In this document: in pieces, positions 25,102 through 33,446 of the stretch
Position numbering within the stretch: position 1 is the first letter of the stretch
Layout of the letters: each line of letters begins with the position of its first letter
DNA from: a virus
Taxonomy: Duplodnaviria; Caudoviricetes
Virus record (IMG/VR): IMGVR_UViG_3300037461_000313
Span: 1-33,446 of that record
Strand: one strand, 5' to 3'
Length of the DNA stretch: 33,446 nucleotides
Notes under the pieces: generated by a model
Told to the model about the DNA's origin: nothing
The model's input: only the letters and a program-made list of their open reading frames with translations
Database searches by the model: none
Made by a program: the position numbers and the translations under genes

Positions 25102-28100
25102 ATGTCTATCAAATTTGTTAACTTACTCAGTAAGTACTTGCCTTCACACTTCAAGATTGCCCCGAAGGACGTAGAACTCTATCTAGATGAAACTCTAGAA
25201 TTGACTCCAACCACGAGAACTCGGCATCTTTTAAGCACTCTCACCCCTACTTCGACTGAAATCGAATACGACTACGGGGATAACCTCAATTTATTTAAGG
25301 ACAGAGGCCTCGTCAAGATTGAGAACGAGTACATCAAGTACGAGACGAATGACTTGGTAAACCACAAGTTGACAAACCTTGAAAGAGGCTTCTTGGGGAC
25401 TGAAGCCGTGCCGCATTGTAACAATGTATTATGGAGTGGTTTACTAGCCGAAGACTTGGATGCCTACACCACAACCATTAAATTCACGTCCGTAACAAAT
25501 ATTGATGCTATTCCGAAGCAGGGAACATTTGCAATTTTTTCAGACGATGCCCAGGATGACCTTGAACAAATTTCCTATACAAGTTACAGCCAATGGTTAA
25601 ACGGCTACCAATTTGAGGGGGTTACGAGAGGAGACAACGGCACGACTGCTAGCAAACACGCCCAAGGCTCCTACATCCAAGAGTACGAGAACTTACTTAT
25701 CACGCAATTAGACACCGTGAAGTACGACAAGGGGTTGTGGACAGCCACACTCGCCACAGCCTTGACTGCCACATCGACAGAGGTGGTAATCAATCAGAAA
25801 TTTTTAGCACGACTAGCATCATCTACAGTTATCAACGACAAGACTATTTTCTTACAGAGTATTACGGGAACTGTTCCAAAGAACGGCTACATTTTAATTG
25901 ACAATGAAATCATCCGCTACGGAAATTTCATTGTAGATTCCACAACGCCAGACAGCGGCAGGCTTGAACAATGTACTAGAGGAAGTCAGGGGACAAGAGC
26001 AAGTTCTCACGTTGTAGATATTGTCAATTCTTATTATCCTTACGTTTACTGCACATTCCCGAACAACGGCGAATTCCTGATTGAAGATGAGTACATTCAA
26101 TACACAGATTACGATGAAGTAACGAGAACGTTTTCAGGCCTTCACCGTGGCCTCTACGGAAGCACCGCAGATACACACGCCGTAGGAGCGGCCTTGACTG
26201 AACGCCGCCACACGGAATTGGAATCCACAGGATTCTTCCGCATCGGCAACGAGTACTTCAAGTATTGGTACTTAGATGAAGACTTCTTCTACATTGATTC
26301 TAGACCCGCCCTAGTTTCTAAAACAACCTATCACACCACAGGCTCAAATGTTACTTCGATAATTGAAGGCCACGACACAGGCTCTATTATCACTACCTAC
26401 CACTTCGAAGATGAGAACTCGTACTTGATTGACTTCATCCACTCTGTAGCAGAACACTTAGACTTGGCAATCAACACGAAAATCAATCAGTTTGAAAACT
26501 TCTCCGATGCCGACAAAGTGGATGCTGACTACCTGAAATACATCGTGAACCAATTGGGCGAGAACCTAGAGGACTATCAGAACTTGCCTTTCTTCACCGT
26601 ATCGAGCCGCACGAGAAACGTAACGGCAACTGCGGGAGATTACTGGACCGCCACGACAGACCACAAACTTAACAACGGGGATTCGATTGTCTTTTCAGGT
26701 CTTGGAGGTGGGGTCAACCCGAACAAACACTACATCGTTACGAACAGGACAAGTATTAAATTCCAAATCACAGAAATCACGACAGGGGAAATTGTTCCTT
26801 TGACGTTAGGCGAAAGCAACACCATTGTGGGCAACGACTACCGTGTGCGTCTTTTCACAAAGGAATTGGTAAACATCTACAAGGAGAAAGGCCTGATTTC
26901 GGCGTTGAAGTTGTGGCACTTGGTCATCTCTGAACCGCTAACATCGTATCAGGATTTGTGGACATTCAACTACTGTTCCTTCTACTCTTTACCGTTCCTT
27001 GTCTTGATTCTCTACGAGTCGCTAAGAACATTTTATCCGAACAACGAGAACTTCTTCCGTCCGCAGATTTCGAAAGCGTTGCAAGAGGAATTGGCTGAGT
27101 TCTACGAAAATAAAGAAATTAACACCCACGCTGTTCCTGACTTGAAACTTCTTGTCTACGATTGGGAATACTTCCGTAAGACGGATGATGACGTGAAGAG
27201 TTCTGATGGCGGTAGTTTCGATGACAAGGTTGTTCCTTGCGACTCCTTGGATGACCTCGGCATCTTCTACGACACAGCGAATGTGGAACTCCAAGTGCGC
27301 TCAACAGGAGACACGATTCCGCTTCCGTTCTACGTGGAAGACTATGACGTTGACCTGTTCAAATTTGAGGAACAGTTGGATGCTGAGAAAGATACGATGC
27401 CTACTGAATCCACGAACTGTTCTCCGACTAAGACAGATGAAGGCCTTATCTCGGACATCCCGTTCGAGTGGATTACAGATATCGACACCGAAAGCATCTT
27501 CGACTATTGCACGGTGGCTGACCGTTTAGAACCAATACGTACTGACCTTGAAGTTCTGCGAGATTTCACGAGCGACCAAGGCAACGCTAGAATAATTCTC
27601 GACCACAATACCTCGGCTTCCGACACGGAAATCTTGGTGAAGGTCTTGGAAGGAAAACTGTATGACCCCGCCGACCACATCGTACTAGGCACAAATCCAA
27701 AAATCGCCCCCAAGGGGTTTATCAAGTTCGGGGATGAAGTAATCTCCTACACGGGAGTTGAATTCTACGACCACCATGAAGGCACTTTCATAAACAAAAG
27801 GTACTTGCTTACAGGTTGTAAAAGAGGAGTGAACAGCACGACAGCCGCAGACTACAGAATCAACTTGTATCAATACGAAGACAATGAAAGGTTGTTGAAC
27901 GATTGTTATGTCAGAGTGGTTTATGTACCTACTATTATCGACTGCGATGTGGACATCCCTACAGATACGTTAACCCACATCAATCACGGACTACAAACAA
28001 ATGATATTATTCTGTTCGCACCTGATGTTGGCGGCGGTGGTATTACGGGAACAAAGACAGAAGATGCCGTACCATATTATTACTACGTTTATTTAGTAGA

Positions 28101-29829
28101 CTCCGATAGGTTTCAAATCTCGGAAACCCCAATCACCACTTCAGTAACCCCTGTCAATATCACATCAAACACTCGTGTTGACTGCTACAAGATTTATTTC
28201 CAACTTGTGCTGACACGAGACCCGCAGGGCTACGGAGTTCAGGCGGGCGACCACTTGCGGTTGGTGCAGACAGGGTATGATTACCTTCATCTCATCACGG
28301 GTGCGGTAAATACTTACGACTACTGCGCAGAGACTTATACTTACGGTATCAATTTTGTGGTTGGAACCGACCCGATACCAGCGGTGAAGACAAAAAATGG
28401 CGCAGGGTTGCCATCCATCTCTTCGTCCACAGAATATGACTGCGAAATTAACGAAAGCACTTTTCAAATTAGGCATATCGATACTGCAACTACTCCTTAT
28501 ACAACACTCACCCATGACCTTTCAGATGGAGATACGGTATTCTTCTTGAAAAGCGTGGGTAATATAGATGCTTACGATAACTACTACGTGAAATGCCCAT
28601 CCTCTACAACTTTTGAAATCACTAAATCGATGACTCCTTGGGGGAAAGTCGTAGTAGCGGGGGTGAATGATACCTGGACTTGTGCCACCGCCCACGGTTT
28701 GAACGATGGGGATTTAATTGTTTTTGAAGATGGAGGTCTTTTATCAGGAGGAGTTAATTCAGGTCAGCATTATTTGGTGTCGAATGTTGGTCTTACAGGA
28801 TTGACTTTCAAAATCAAAGATATTTCAACAGGAGCAATTGTTCCATTAACTGTGCCAGGTAGTAATACTATTTTGTACTCGTCCATAGCACTTACAAATG
28901 TTCAAGACCCAGTTAACACTTATATGGTTTCGGGTACGAGGGTTCTCTCTGTTGAAGAGGGATATCAGCATCGTTATTCGCTCATCCAACACTTGCTGTG
29001 GAGACTTGATAATGAAGTTAACGGAAACGACTTGCCACTAGTCTATGGCTTGACAACGACAGAACTTGCGGCAAAGAAATTAAACACTTATACGGGAGTT
29101 AAGGACGGAATTATCTGGCCAACATCACACTTTAAATACGGTTTTGAAATTACAACTGAGGATATTGCTAATTTTCCACCTGATGAAGTAGTTGAACTTG
29201 TGCTAAAAAAATTGAAGCAGTATAAACCAAAACATACAGTAGCAGACATAACCATCAATTACCCAATTGGGGGTAATCAGGTAGGTATGACCCCAATGAT
29301 GGAATACTACGAGACGGAAAATTTGATGAGCGATGCATACCGTACTTTTGCTGGAACTATTACGGCAGGGTTAACAGAAATTACAACAACAAGTCCCGCC
29401 CACCATGATTTACATATTGATGAAATTGTATATATTGAATTTGGTTCACCAATGGTTTTTGGTACTCCATATTATGTGGAAAGTGTCCCTACACCAACAA
29501 CTTTTACAATTTCTGATACTTTAGGTGGCGCACCAATAACAATGACAGGTACAGGAGTCGTAGCAGTAACACAAGCCCCACCTTCAGAATTTCGTATCGA
29601 ACTTGACCACAATACGGCTGATGGTGTTATCGACAAAACCTATGATTTACCTATCATTACTTTGGACTCGGTATATGACTACGGACAATCTACTGACTTT
29701 TATTATATATGGAGAGACGGCTATCCTGAACAAACACTCATCTACTACGCTCCGTTCTCTGCTTATCCGAATGGATTAACCACAGATACGTACAGAAACA
29801 GAAAGAGGTTTTTGAGTTATGTGGACTAA
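25102..29829 (+). CDS. Large baseplate wedge protein, gp7 / P2 gpI-like, with many inserted repeat domains
   Basis: YLPSHF...; DADKVDADYLKYIVNQLG...RLFTKELVNIYKEKGLISALK; LKQYKPKHT; repeated RGxxGT and HGLxxGD modules. Confidence 0.75.
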   Translation: MSIKFVNLLSKYLPSHFKIAPKDVELYLDETLELTPTTRTRHLLSTLTPTSTEIEYDYGDNLNLFKDRGLVKIENEYIKYETNDLVNHKLTNLERGFLGTEAVPHCNNVLWSGLLAEDLDAYTTTIKFTSVTNIDAIPKQGTFAIFSDDAQDDLEQISYTSYSQWLNGYQFEGVTRGDNGTTASKHAQGSYIQEYENLLITQLDTVKYDKGLWTATLATALTATSTEVVINQKFLARLASSTVINDKTIFLQSITGTVPKNGYILIDNEIIRYGNFIVDSTTPDSGRLEQCTRGSQGTRASSHVVDIVNSYYPYVYCTFPNNGEFLIEDEYIQYTDYDEVTRTFSGLHRGLYGSTADTHAVGAALTERRHTELESTGFFRIGNEYFKYWYLDEDFFYIDSRPALVSKTTYHTTGSNVTSIIEGHDTGSIITTYHFEDENSYLIDFIHSVAEHLDLAINTKINQFENFSDADKVDADYLKYIVNQLGENLEDYQNLPFFTVSSRTRNVTATAGDYWTATTDHKLNNGDSIVFSGLGGGVNPNKHYIVTNRTSIKFQITEITTGEIVPLTLGESNTIVGNDYRVRLFTKELVNIYKEKGLISALKLWHLVISEPLTSYQDLWTFNYCSFYSLPFLVLILYESLRTFYPNNENFFRPQISKALQEELAEFYENKEINTHAVPDLKLLVYDWEYFRKTDDDVKSSDGGSFDDKVVPCDSLDDLGIFYDTANVELQVRSTGDTIPLPFYVEDYDVDLFKFEEQLDAEKDTMPTESTNCSPTKTDEGLISDIPFEWITDIDTESIFDYCTVADRLEPIRTDLEVLRDFTSDQGNARIILDHNTSASDTEILVKVLEGKLYDPADHIVLGTNPKIAPKGFIKFGDEVISYTGVEFYDHHEGTFINKRYLLTGCKRGVNSTTAADYRINLYQYEDNERLLNDCYVRVVYVPTIIDCDVDIPTDTLTHINHGLQTNDIILFAPDVGGGGITGTKTEDAVPYYYYVYLVDSDRFQISETPITTSVTPVNITSNTRVDCYKIYFQLVLTRDPQGYGVQAGDHLRLVQTGYDYLHLITGAVNTYDYCAETYTYGINFVVGTDPIPAVKTKNGAGLPSISSSTEYDCEINESTFQIRHIDTATTPYTTLTHDLSDGDTVFFLKSVGNIDAYDNYYVKCPSSTTFEITKSMTPWGKVVVAGVNDTWTCATAHGLNDGDLIVFEDGGLLSGGVNSGQHYLVSNVGLTGLTFKIKDISTGAIVPLTVPGSNTILYSSIALTNVQDPVNTYMVSGTRVLSVEEGYQHRYSLIQHLLWRLDNEVNGNDLPLVYGLTTTELAAKKLNTYTGVKDGIIWPTSHFKYGFEITTEDIANFPPDEVVELVLKKLKQYKPKHTVADITINYPIGGNQVGMTPMMEYYETENLMSDAYRTFAGTITAGLTEITTTSPAHHDLHIDEIVYIEFGSPMVFGTPYYVESVPTPTTFTISDTLGGAPITMTGTGVVAVTQAPPSEFRIELDHNTADGVIDKTYDLPIITLDSVYDYGQSTDFYYIWRDGYPEQTLIYYAPFSAYPNGLTTDTYRNRKRFLSYVD

Positions 29830-29838
29830 ATAAGTATG
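29825..29838 (+). promoter_or_regulatory. Late-type promoter ACTAAATA-AGTATG
   Basis: Box overlapping the stop of the wedge gene, followed by SD GGAG. Confidence 0.55.
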
Positions 29839-29848
29839 GAGAAGAAAT

Positions 29849-30349
29849 ATGGCTATTAATAGTATTCAAATTGCAGTTACTTCTGAAGGTTTGGAAAGCA
29901 TCGCCACTATGGTAGGAGAGCAAACAATTTTTACAATAGGAAAATTTCGTCTGACGGATAAGGGGGATGAAACATTTTATGAAGCCCACAAGGAATATAC
30001 AGGTTTAGACCCTGATTCATTTTATATGCCAATGACTGCGGAAGACTTTGATGAAGAACATAAAGATTTAACTATTGCACAAGCCCTTGAAGCCGCAGGA
30101 CTTAGTGATGATGCAGTAAATGGTTACGTTACAGTCAACACCGTAAAAATGGCTGACAGTATCACAGTTGAAATAGATTGCTATATTCCACCAACTGCGG
30201 GTATATCATTCGCTTGCAACGAAATAATGTTATATACAGGTTCAGGAACGCTAGTAGACCCTTATAAATCTTTTATGTGGGGAATTTTTCCTGAAATCAC
30301 GAAGACCTCGCAATATGGAGTAAACTTTAAAGCGTTTCTGCAATTCTAG
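29849..30349 (+). CDS. Baseplate / fibre-attachment protein (tail-collar-like)
   Basis: IAVTSEGLESIA...FTIGKFRLTD...NEIMLY...FPEITK resembles the fibre-attachment N-terminal domain; synteny. Confidence 0.55.
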   Translation: MAINSIQIAVTSEGLESIATMVGEQTIFTIGKFRLTDKGDETFYEAHKEYTGLDPDSFYMPMTAEDFDEEHKDLTIAQALEAAGLSDDAVNGYVTVNTVKMADSITVEIDCYIPPTAGISFACNEIMLYTGSGTLVDPYKSFMWGIFPEITKTSQYGVNFKAFLQF

Positions 30350-30361
30350 GATGAGAAAATC

Positions 30362-30375
30362 AATAAATATTAGTG
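30362..30375 (+). promoter_or_regulatory. Late-type promoter AATAAATA-TTAGTG
   Basis: Box directly before structured leader copy B. Confidence 0.7.
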
Positions 30376-30455
30376 AAGGACAAGGTTCGCTACCCTTTCG
30401 TAGTGCTTATCTCACTCCGAATTACTTCACTATTAAATTTGACTTAGATAAGGAG
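30371..30455 (+). ncRNA. Putative structured leader RNA, copy B (same fold as copy A)
   Basis: P1 30371-30378/30425-30432; P2 30382-30385/30394-30397; P3 30398-30405/30413-30420; loop CTTATCT pairs with AGATAAG (30446-30452), which overlaps SD AAGGAG. Confidence 0.8.
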
Positions 30456-30461
30456 TTGAAA

Positions 30462-31043
30462 ATGAATCAAGAAAATGGAACAATTTATATTGTTACTAAT
30501 TTACTTAATGGAAAACAAAATATAGGACAAACAACAAGAAAATTAACAGAAAGAATTTGGGAACATAAAACAGGAGTAGGTTCTGTACTTCTCCATAAGG
30601 CTGTTAAAAAATATGGTATGGAAAATTTCAAATGGGTTTCTTTTTCCTGTCCTGAAGAAGACTTGGACTGGCAAGAAACCTTTTTGATAAAGGAATTAAA
30701 TACTTTGGTTCCTAATGGATACAATTTAGAAACAGGCGGCCATAAAAACAAACATCACCATGAAATAACAAAACAAAAAATGAGTAAAAATCATTCTAAT
30801 TTTAATGGAAAAAATAATCCCTTTTATGGAAAAAAACACACAGAAGAAGCAATTAAAAAAATGAAAAATAGTTGTCCTGATAGAAAGGGGGAAAATAATC
30901 CTAACTATGGAAATCATAAATTGGTGGGAGAAAATAATCCGATGTATGGTAAACGATTTTATGATATTTGGGTTGAAAAATACGGAAAAGAAATAGCAGA
31001 TAAAAAACATACAGAATGGGTACAAAAAAGGGTAAAAAAATAA
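30462..31043 (+). CDS. Free-standing GIY-YIG homing endonuclease with NUMOD3-like repeats
   Basis: Start MNQENGTIYIVTNLLNGKQNIGQT at 30462 (SD AAGGAG); AVKKYGMENF, PNGYNLETGG; GKNNPFYGKKH, GENNPNYG, GENNPMYGK. Confidence 0.9.
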   Translation: MNQENGTIYIVTNLLNGKQNIGQTTRKLTERIWEHKTGVGSVLLHKAVKKYGMENFKWVSFSCPEEDLDWQETFLIKELNTLVPNGYNLETGGHKNKHHHEITKQKMSKNHSNFNGKNNPFYGKKHTEEAIKKMKNSCPDRKGENNPNYGNHKLVGENNPMYGKRFYDIWVEKYGKEIADKKHTEWVQKRVKK

Positions 31044-31044
31044 A

Positions 31045-32379
31045 ATGCCGATTAATTATTCTCTAGATGGTACGCAAGCGGTAAATTGGCACTACAAGAC
31101 TAGACTGATTTCCTCGTACCAAAACAAGTTGTTCCAAAATATCTTCACCACAGGAGTGATTCCCGAATCAGGAATACCGATAACGGTGGATGCTGATTAC
31201 AATGCAAGCACTAAGGGAACGCAAGTCAGAATCCCTGCGGGATTTTCTTTTCTTATTGCACCGAATAACCGTTATGAAAGTGGTGTTATTCAGGAAAATT
31301 TTGAAGCCCTGTCAACACTAGAACAACAAATTCTTGAACAACAAATTTTGAAGTGCGATATCGTAAGAGACTTTTGCGTAATCCCAACTAATGTAGGCGA
31401 AGGTGGTTGGCTAATTGCCAAATATGATTATTTGGAATTTTCAGATTTACCTGTAGAATTTAGTATTGTTCCAGCCAAACCTACCGATAACAGCGTAATT
31501 TTAGGAGAAGTAACACCTGCCGCTGGATATTTACAGGGGGTTTATTTTCAAAATCAAACAATTGCAGAATTAAACCCTGTCATCCTTTACGAGATGAACG
31601 TTCATAAAATTGACGGATACCACGCAGGCAACGAATCGGGATACGTCCCGATTTCAAACGGCATGATGTGTTCAGGGTTGAACGCCGAAATGATTAACGG
31701 TTACTCAGGTAACGAAGTGGCTGTAAAATGGGAACAGAACTCAGGACTTAACGTTGAGTACGTGGCCGATGAATTTGGTATTTTTTATCAGCCAGGCAAC
31801 GCTATCAGAAATATTCCGTTAAGCAACAAAACGCTAAACGTGGGGTTGAACGCTGAATTTGTAGGCGGCTCAGGATATACGTCTTTCGCACGGTCTACTC
31901 ATCAGCACAACCTAGATGATATTCAAGATATGAACTCCGTCTTTAAGCGGCCAGTAGGAGTTAACGTAGACCATCATTTGACTCACAATTCGTTCAAACC
32001 CCGCGCTATCACGAGAGAGAAGATTGGGGACGAGTGCTTCTTCGCTCGGAACGATGACCGCGGCGGCCCGCCGCTGATAATCACGGGGGAAACAACGGTA
32101 ACTGCCAACTACACGCACATTCCGTTCAATCCTGAAAATCAGTTATACTTTGCCTTCGATGACCCGCCTGATGTCATGCTTCAAATAATCGATAAGACCC
32201 CGACCTATGACGCTCGACACTATATAAAGGTAGAGGCAGTCGATGTTCACCCATCTCACTTCACCCTGAAGTACACAGGCTATTCAGGACTTGACACGGA
32301 GCAGTACACATCGATGACGATATCAACCCTTACGGTTCAATGGTTCGCAGTAGGTTACTACAGCGGGAGTGCTTTCTAA
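31045..32379 (+). CDS. Tail fibre / baseplate-attached fibre protein with a C-terminal lectin-like beta domain
   Basis: Repeats P-I/L-S-N...GLNAE..G; HQHNLDDI; C-terminal FAFDDPPDV...HFTL...VQWFAVG. Confidence 0.65.
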   Translation: MPINYSLDGTQAVNWHYKTRLISSYQNKLFQNIFTTGVIPESGIPITVDADYNASTKGTQVRIPAGFSFLIAPNNRYESGVIQENFEALSTLEQQILEQQILKCDIVRDFCVIPTNVGEGGWLIAKYDYLEFSDLPVEFSIVPAKPTDNSVILGEVTPAAGYLQGVYFQNQTIAELNPVILYEMNVHKIDGYHAGNESGYVPISNGMMCSGLNAEMINGYSGNEVAVKWEQNSGLNVEYVADEFGIFYQPGNAIRNIPLSNKTLNVGLNAEFVGGSGYTSFARSTHQHNLDDIQDMNSVFKRPVGVNVDHHLTHNSFKPRAITREKIGDECFFARNDDRGGPPLIITGETTVTANYTHIPFNPENQLYFAFDDPPDVMLQIIDKTPTYDARHYIKVEAVDVHPSHFTLKYTGYSGLDTEQYTSMTISTLTVQWFAVGYYSGSAF

Positions 32380-33446
32380 TGAAGACCTTAAATAACGGCG
32401 CAGAAGTACTGAATATTCACTACCGCCAAGAACTAGCCCCTGATATCCTGAATAAGATTTTTTATCAGATGTTCACAGACGGCATAATCGAAGGAAATTT
32501 TGACTTCAGCCCTAGCACGGTTACAATCAACTCCGTAGCCTTTCTTATTCACCCGCAGAATCAAACAGATTTACTCGTGCGTATCGACACTACTGAACCG
32601 ATTACGATAACGAAGACTTCTCCGACAAGCATCTACCTAGTGGCAAGATATCGTTGGGAAAATGCCAACGTAGGTGCAGAGTTCCTGTTCGTAGATGATA
32701 CGACTGTCGTGGGGACGGATGTGATTCTCGTTGGCTTGACCCTCGACCAAGACGGGAAAATCACGGCTCTTGATTACGATGTTCAGGAGAGAGCGAGACT
32801 GAAGGTAATTCAGAAGGACACCGCTTTTCCTCTGATTGCAAAACTTGATGGCTACTACGCAGGCCACAAATCGGGTCAACTCCCTGTATCGGATGGGGAA
32901 CTGAATATTGACCTTAACGCTCAATTATTCAACGGCAAAGAAATTACAGAGTACGTGGTTTCCAAAGATGTTTCAAGCATTACTCTTGATACTGGTGGCA
33001 ATACCGTCATCACATATCCCGTTTATCCATCTTGGATGGACACGACTGCTGTTGACCTCGGTGAAGGGGTTACGGCTGAGTACGTGATGGGTAAGAAAGT
33101 TCAACCGCAAGACGGCTCAACCTTGCCAGGATTCCAAGACCAAATCCCTGTGGCAAATACGGTCTTGCAGAAAGACCTTAACGCTGAGTTCGTGGGCAAC
33201 TACCCGCAGTCGGAATTTTCTAAGTCAACCCACGTCCACACGCTAGACGAAATTCTTGACGATGCAAACCCATCAAGCACGACCTATTACCGTGTGGCAG
33301 GGGTAGAAGGCAACACACCGACTCCCGACTCCATCGAAGAAGACGATATCGAATACACCAATATCGACGCCATCGCCTACGATGCGGCAGTTATGAATTG
33401 GTATCAACCTGTTTATGAAACAGGAAGTTGTACTTTGACGGGGGTT
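32379..33446 (+). CDS. Paralogous tail fibre protein, partial (runs off window)
   Basis: Not in ORF track; ATG overlaps the previous stop (TAATG); MKTLNNGAEVLNIHYRQEL...NKIFYQMFTDGII and LDGYYAGHKSGQLPVSDGELNIDLNAQ align with the preceding protein. Confidence 0.75.
   Translation, partial: MKTLNNGAEVLNIHYRQELAPDILNKIFYQMFTDGIIEGNFDFSPSTVTINSVAFLIHPQNQTDLLVRIDTTEPITITKTSPTSIYLVARYRWENANVGAEFLFVDDTTVVGTDVILVGLTLDQDGKITALDYDVQERARLKVIQKDTAFPLIAKLDGYYAGHKSGQLPVSDGELNIDLNAQLFNGKEITEYVVSKDVSSITLDTGGNTVITYPVYPSWMDTTAVDLGEGVTAEYVMGKKVQPQDGSTLPGFQDQIPVANTVLQKDLNAEFVGNYPQSEFSKSTHVHTLDEILDDANPSSTTYYRVAGVEGNTPTPDSIEEDDIEYTNIDAIAYDAAVMNWYQPVYETGSCTLTGV

Noticed and set aside
30351-30461. ORF-track N-terminal extension of the GIY-YIG protein (MRKSINISEG...)
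   Set aside because: It spans the promoter and the structured leader; the SD-led ATG at 30462 begins the GIY motif. Kept only as a possible minor start.
2267-31043. Endonucleases as group I intron-encoded ORFs
   Set aside because: Flanking genes are complete and there is no room for an intron core; the ~85-nt leaders are too small and lack recognisable P7 elements.
123-32924. Many opposite-strand or alternate-frame ORFs in the track (for example 3495-4025+, 10370-10858-, 16725-17249-, 17295-17882-)
   Set aside because: They lie within well-supported genes, lack SDs and show shadow-ORF composition.
1-33446. Stop-codon reassignment (code 15 or 4)
   Set aside because: Genes are full length in the standard code, and TAG, TGA and TAA all terminate well-packed genes.
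1-33446. CRISPR array, tRNA, rRNA, integrase or diversity-generating retroelement
   Set aside because: I found no spaced direct repeats, cloverleafs, recombinase or reverse transcriptase by eye.
7559-33446. Bacterial contractile injection system (eCIS, T6SS, tailocin)
   Set aside because: T4-type gp15/gp26 genes, T4-like late promoters, homing endonucleases and phage accessory genes indicate a virulent phage genome.

Overview
A 33.4-kb fragment of a large T4-like myophage (jumbo-phage style, standard genetic code) with two arms diverging from back-to-back late-type promoters at about 6.62-6.64 kb. The left arm (minus strand) holds small accessory genes: a partial GT2 glycosyltransferase, a phage-encoded ribosomal protein bS21, YopX, a DUF5662/HD-like protein, a Pol-beta-type nucleotidyltransferase and possible internal head proteins. 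The right arm (plus strand) is the contractile tail and baseplate module: gp15-like, sheath, four tandem tube paralogs, gp26-like chaperone, tape measure with an M15 peptidase domain, gp48/53/27/5/25/6/7-like proteins and fibre proteins. Four free-standing homing endonucleases (3 GIY-YIG, 1 HNH) are interspersed. The strongest unexplained signal is a ~85-nt structured RNA found twice (14225-14311 and 30371-30455) in front of two unrelated endonucleases. Both copies have the same three-way junction and a 7-bp pseudoknot onto the Shine-Dalgarno, with almost complete covariation, and each sits directly behind a late promoter. Also notable: a probable +1 programmed frameshift at the end of the gp26-like gene, a duplicated bS21 start flanking a GIY-YIG gene, and a TAAATA-N4-TR promoter consensus. 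All family assignments come from motif recognition by eye; no searches were run.
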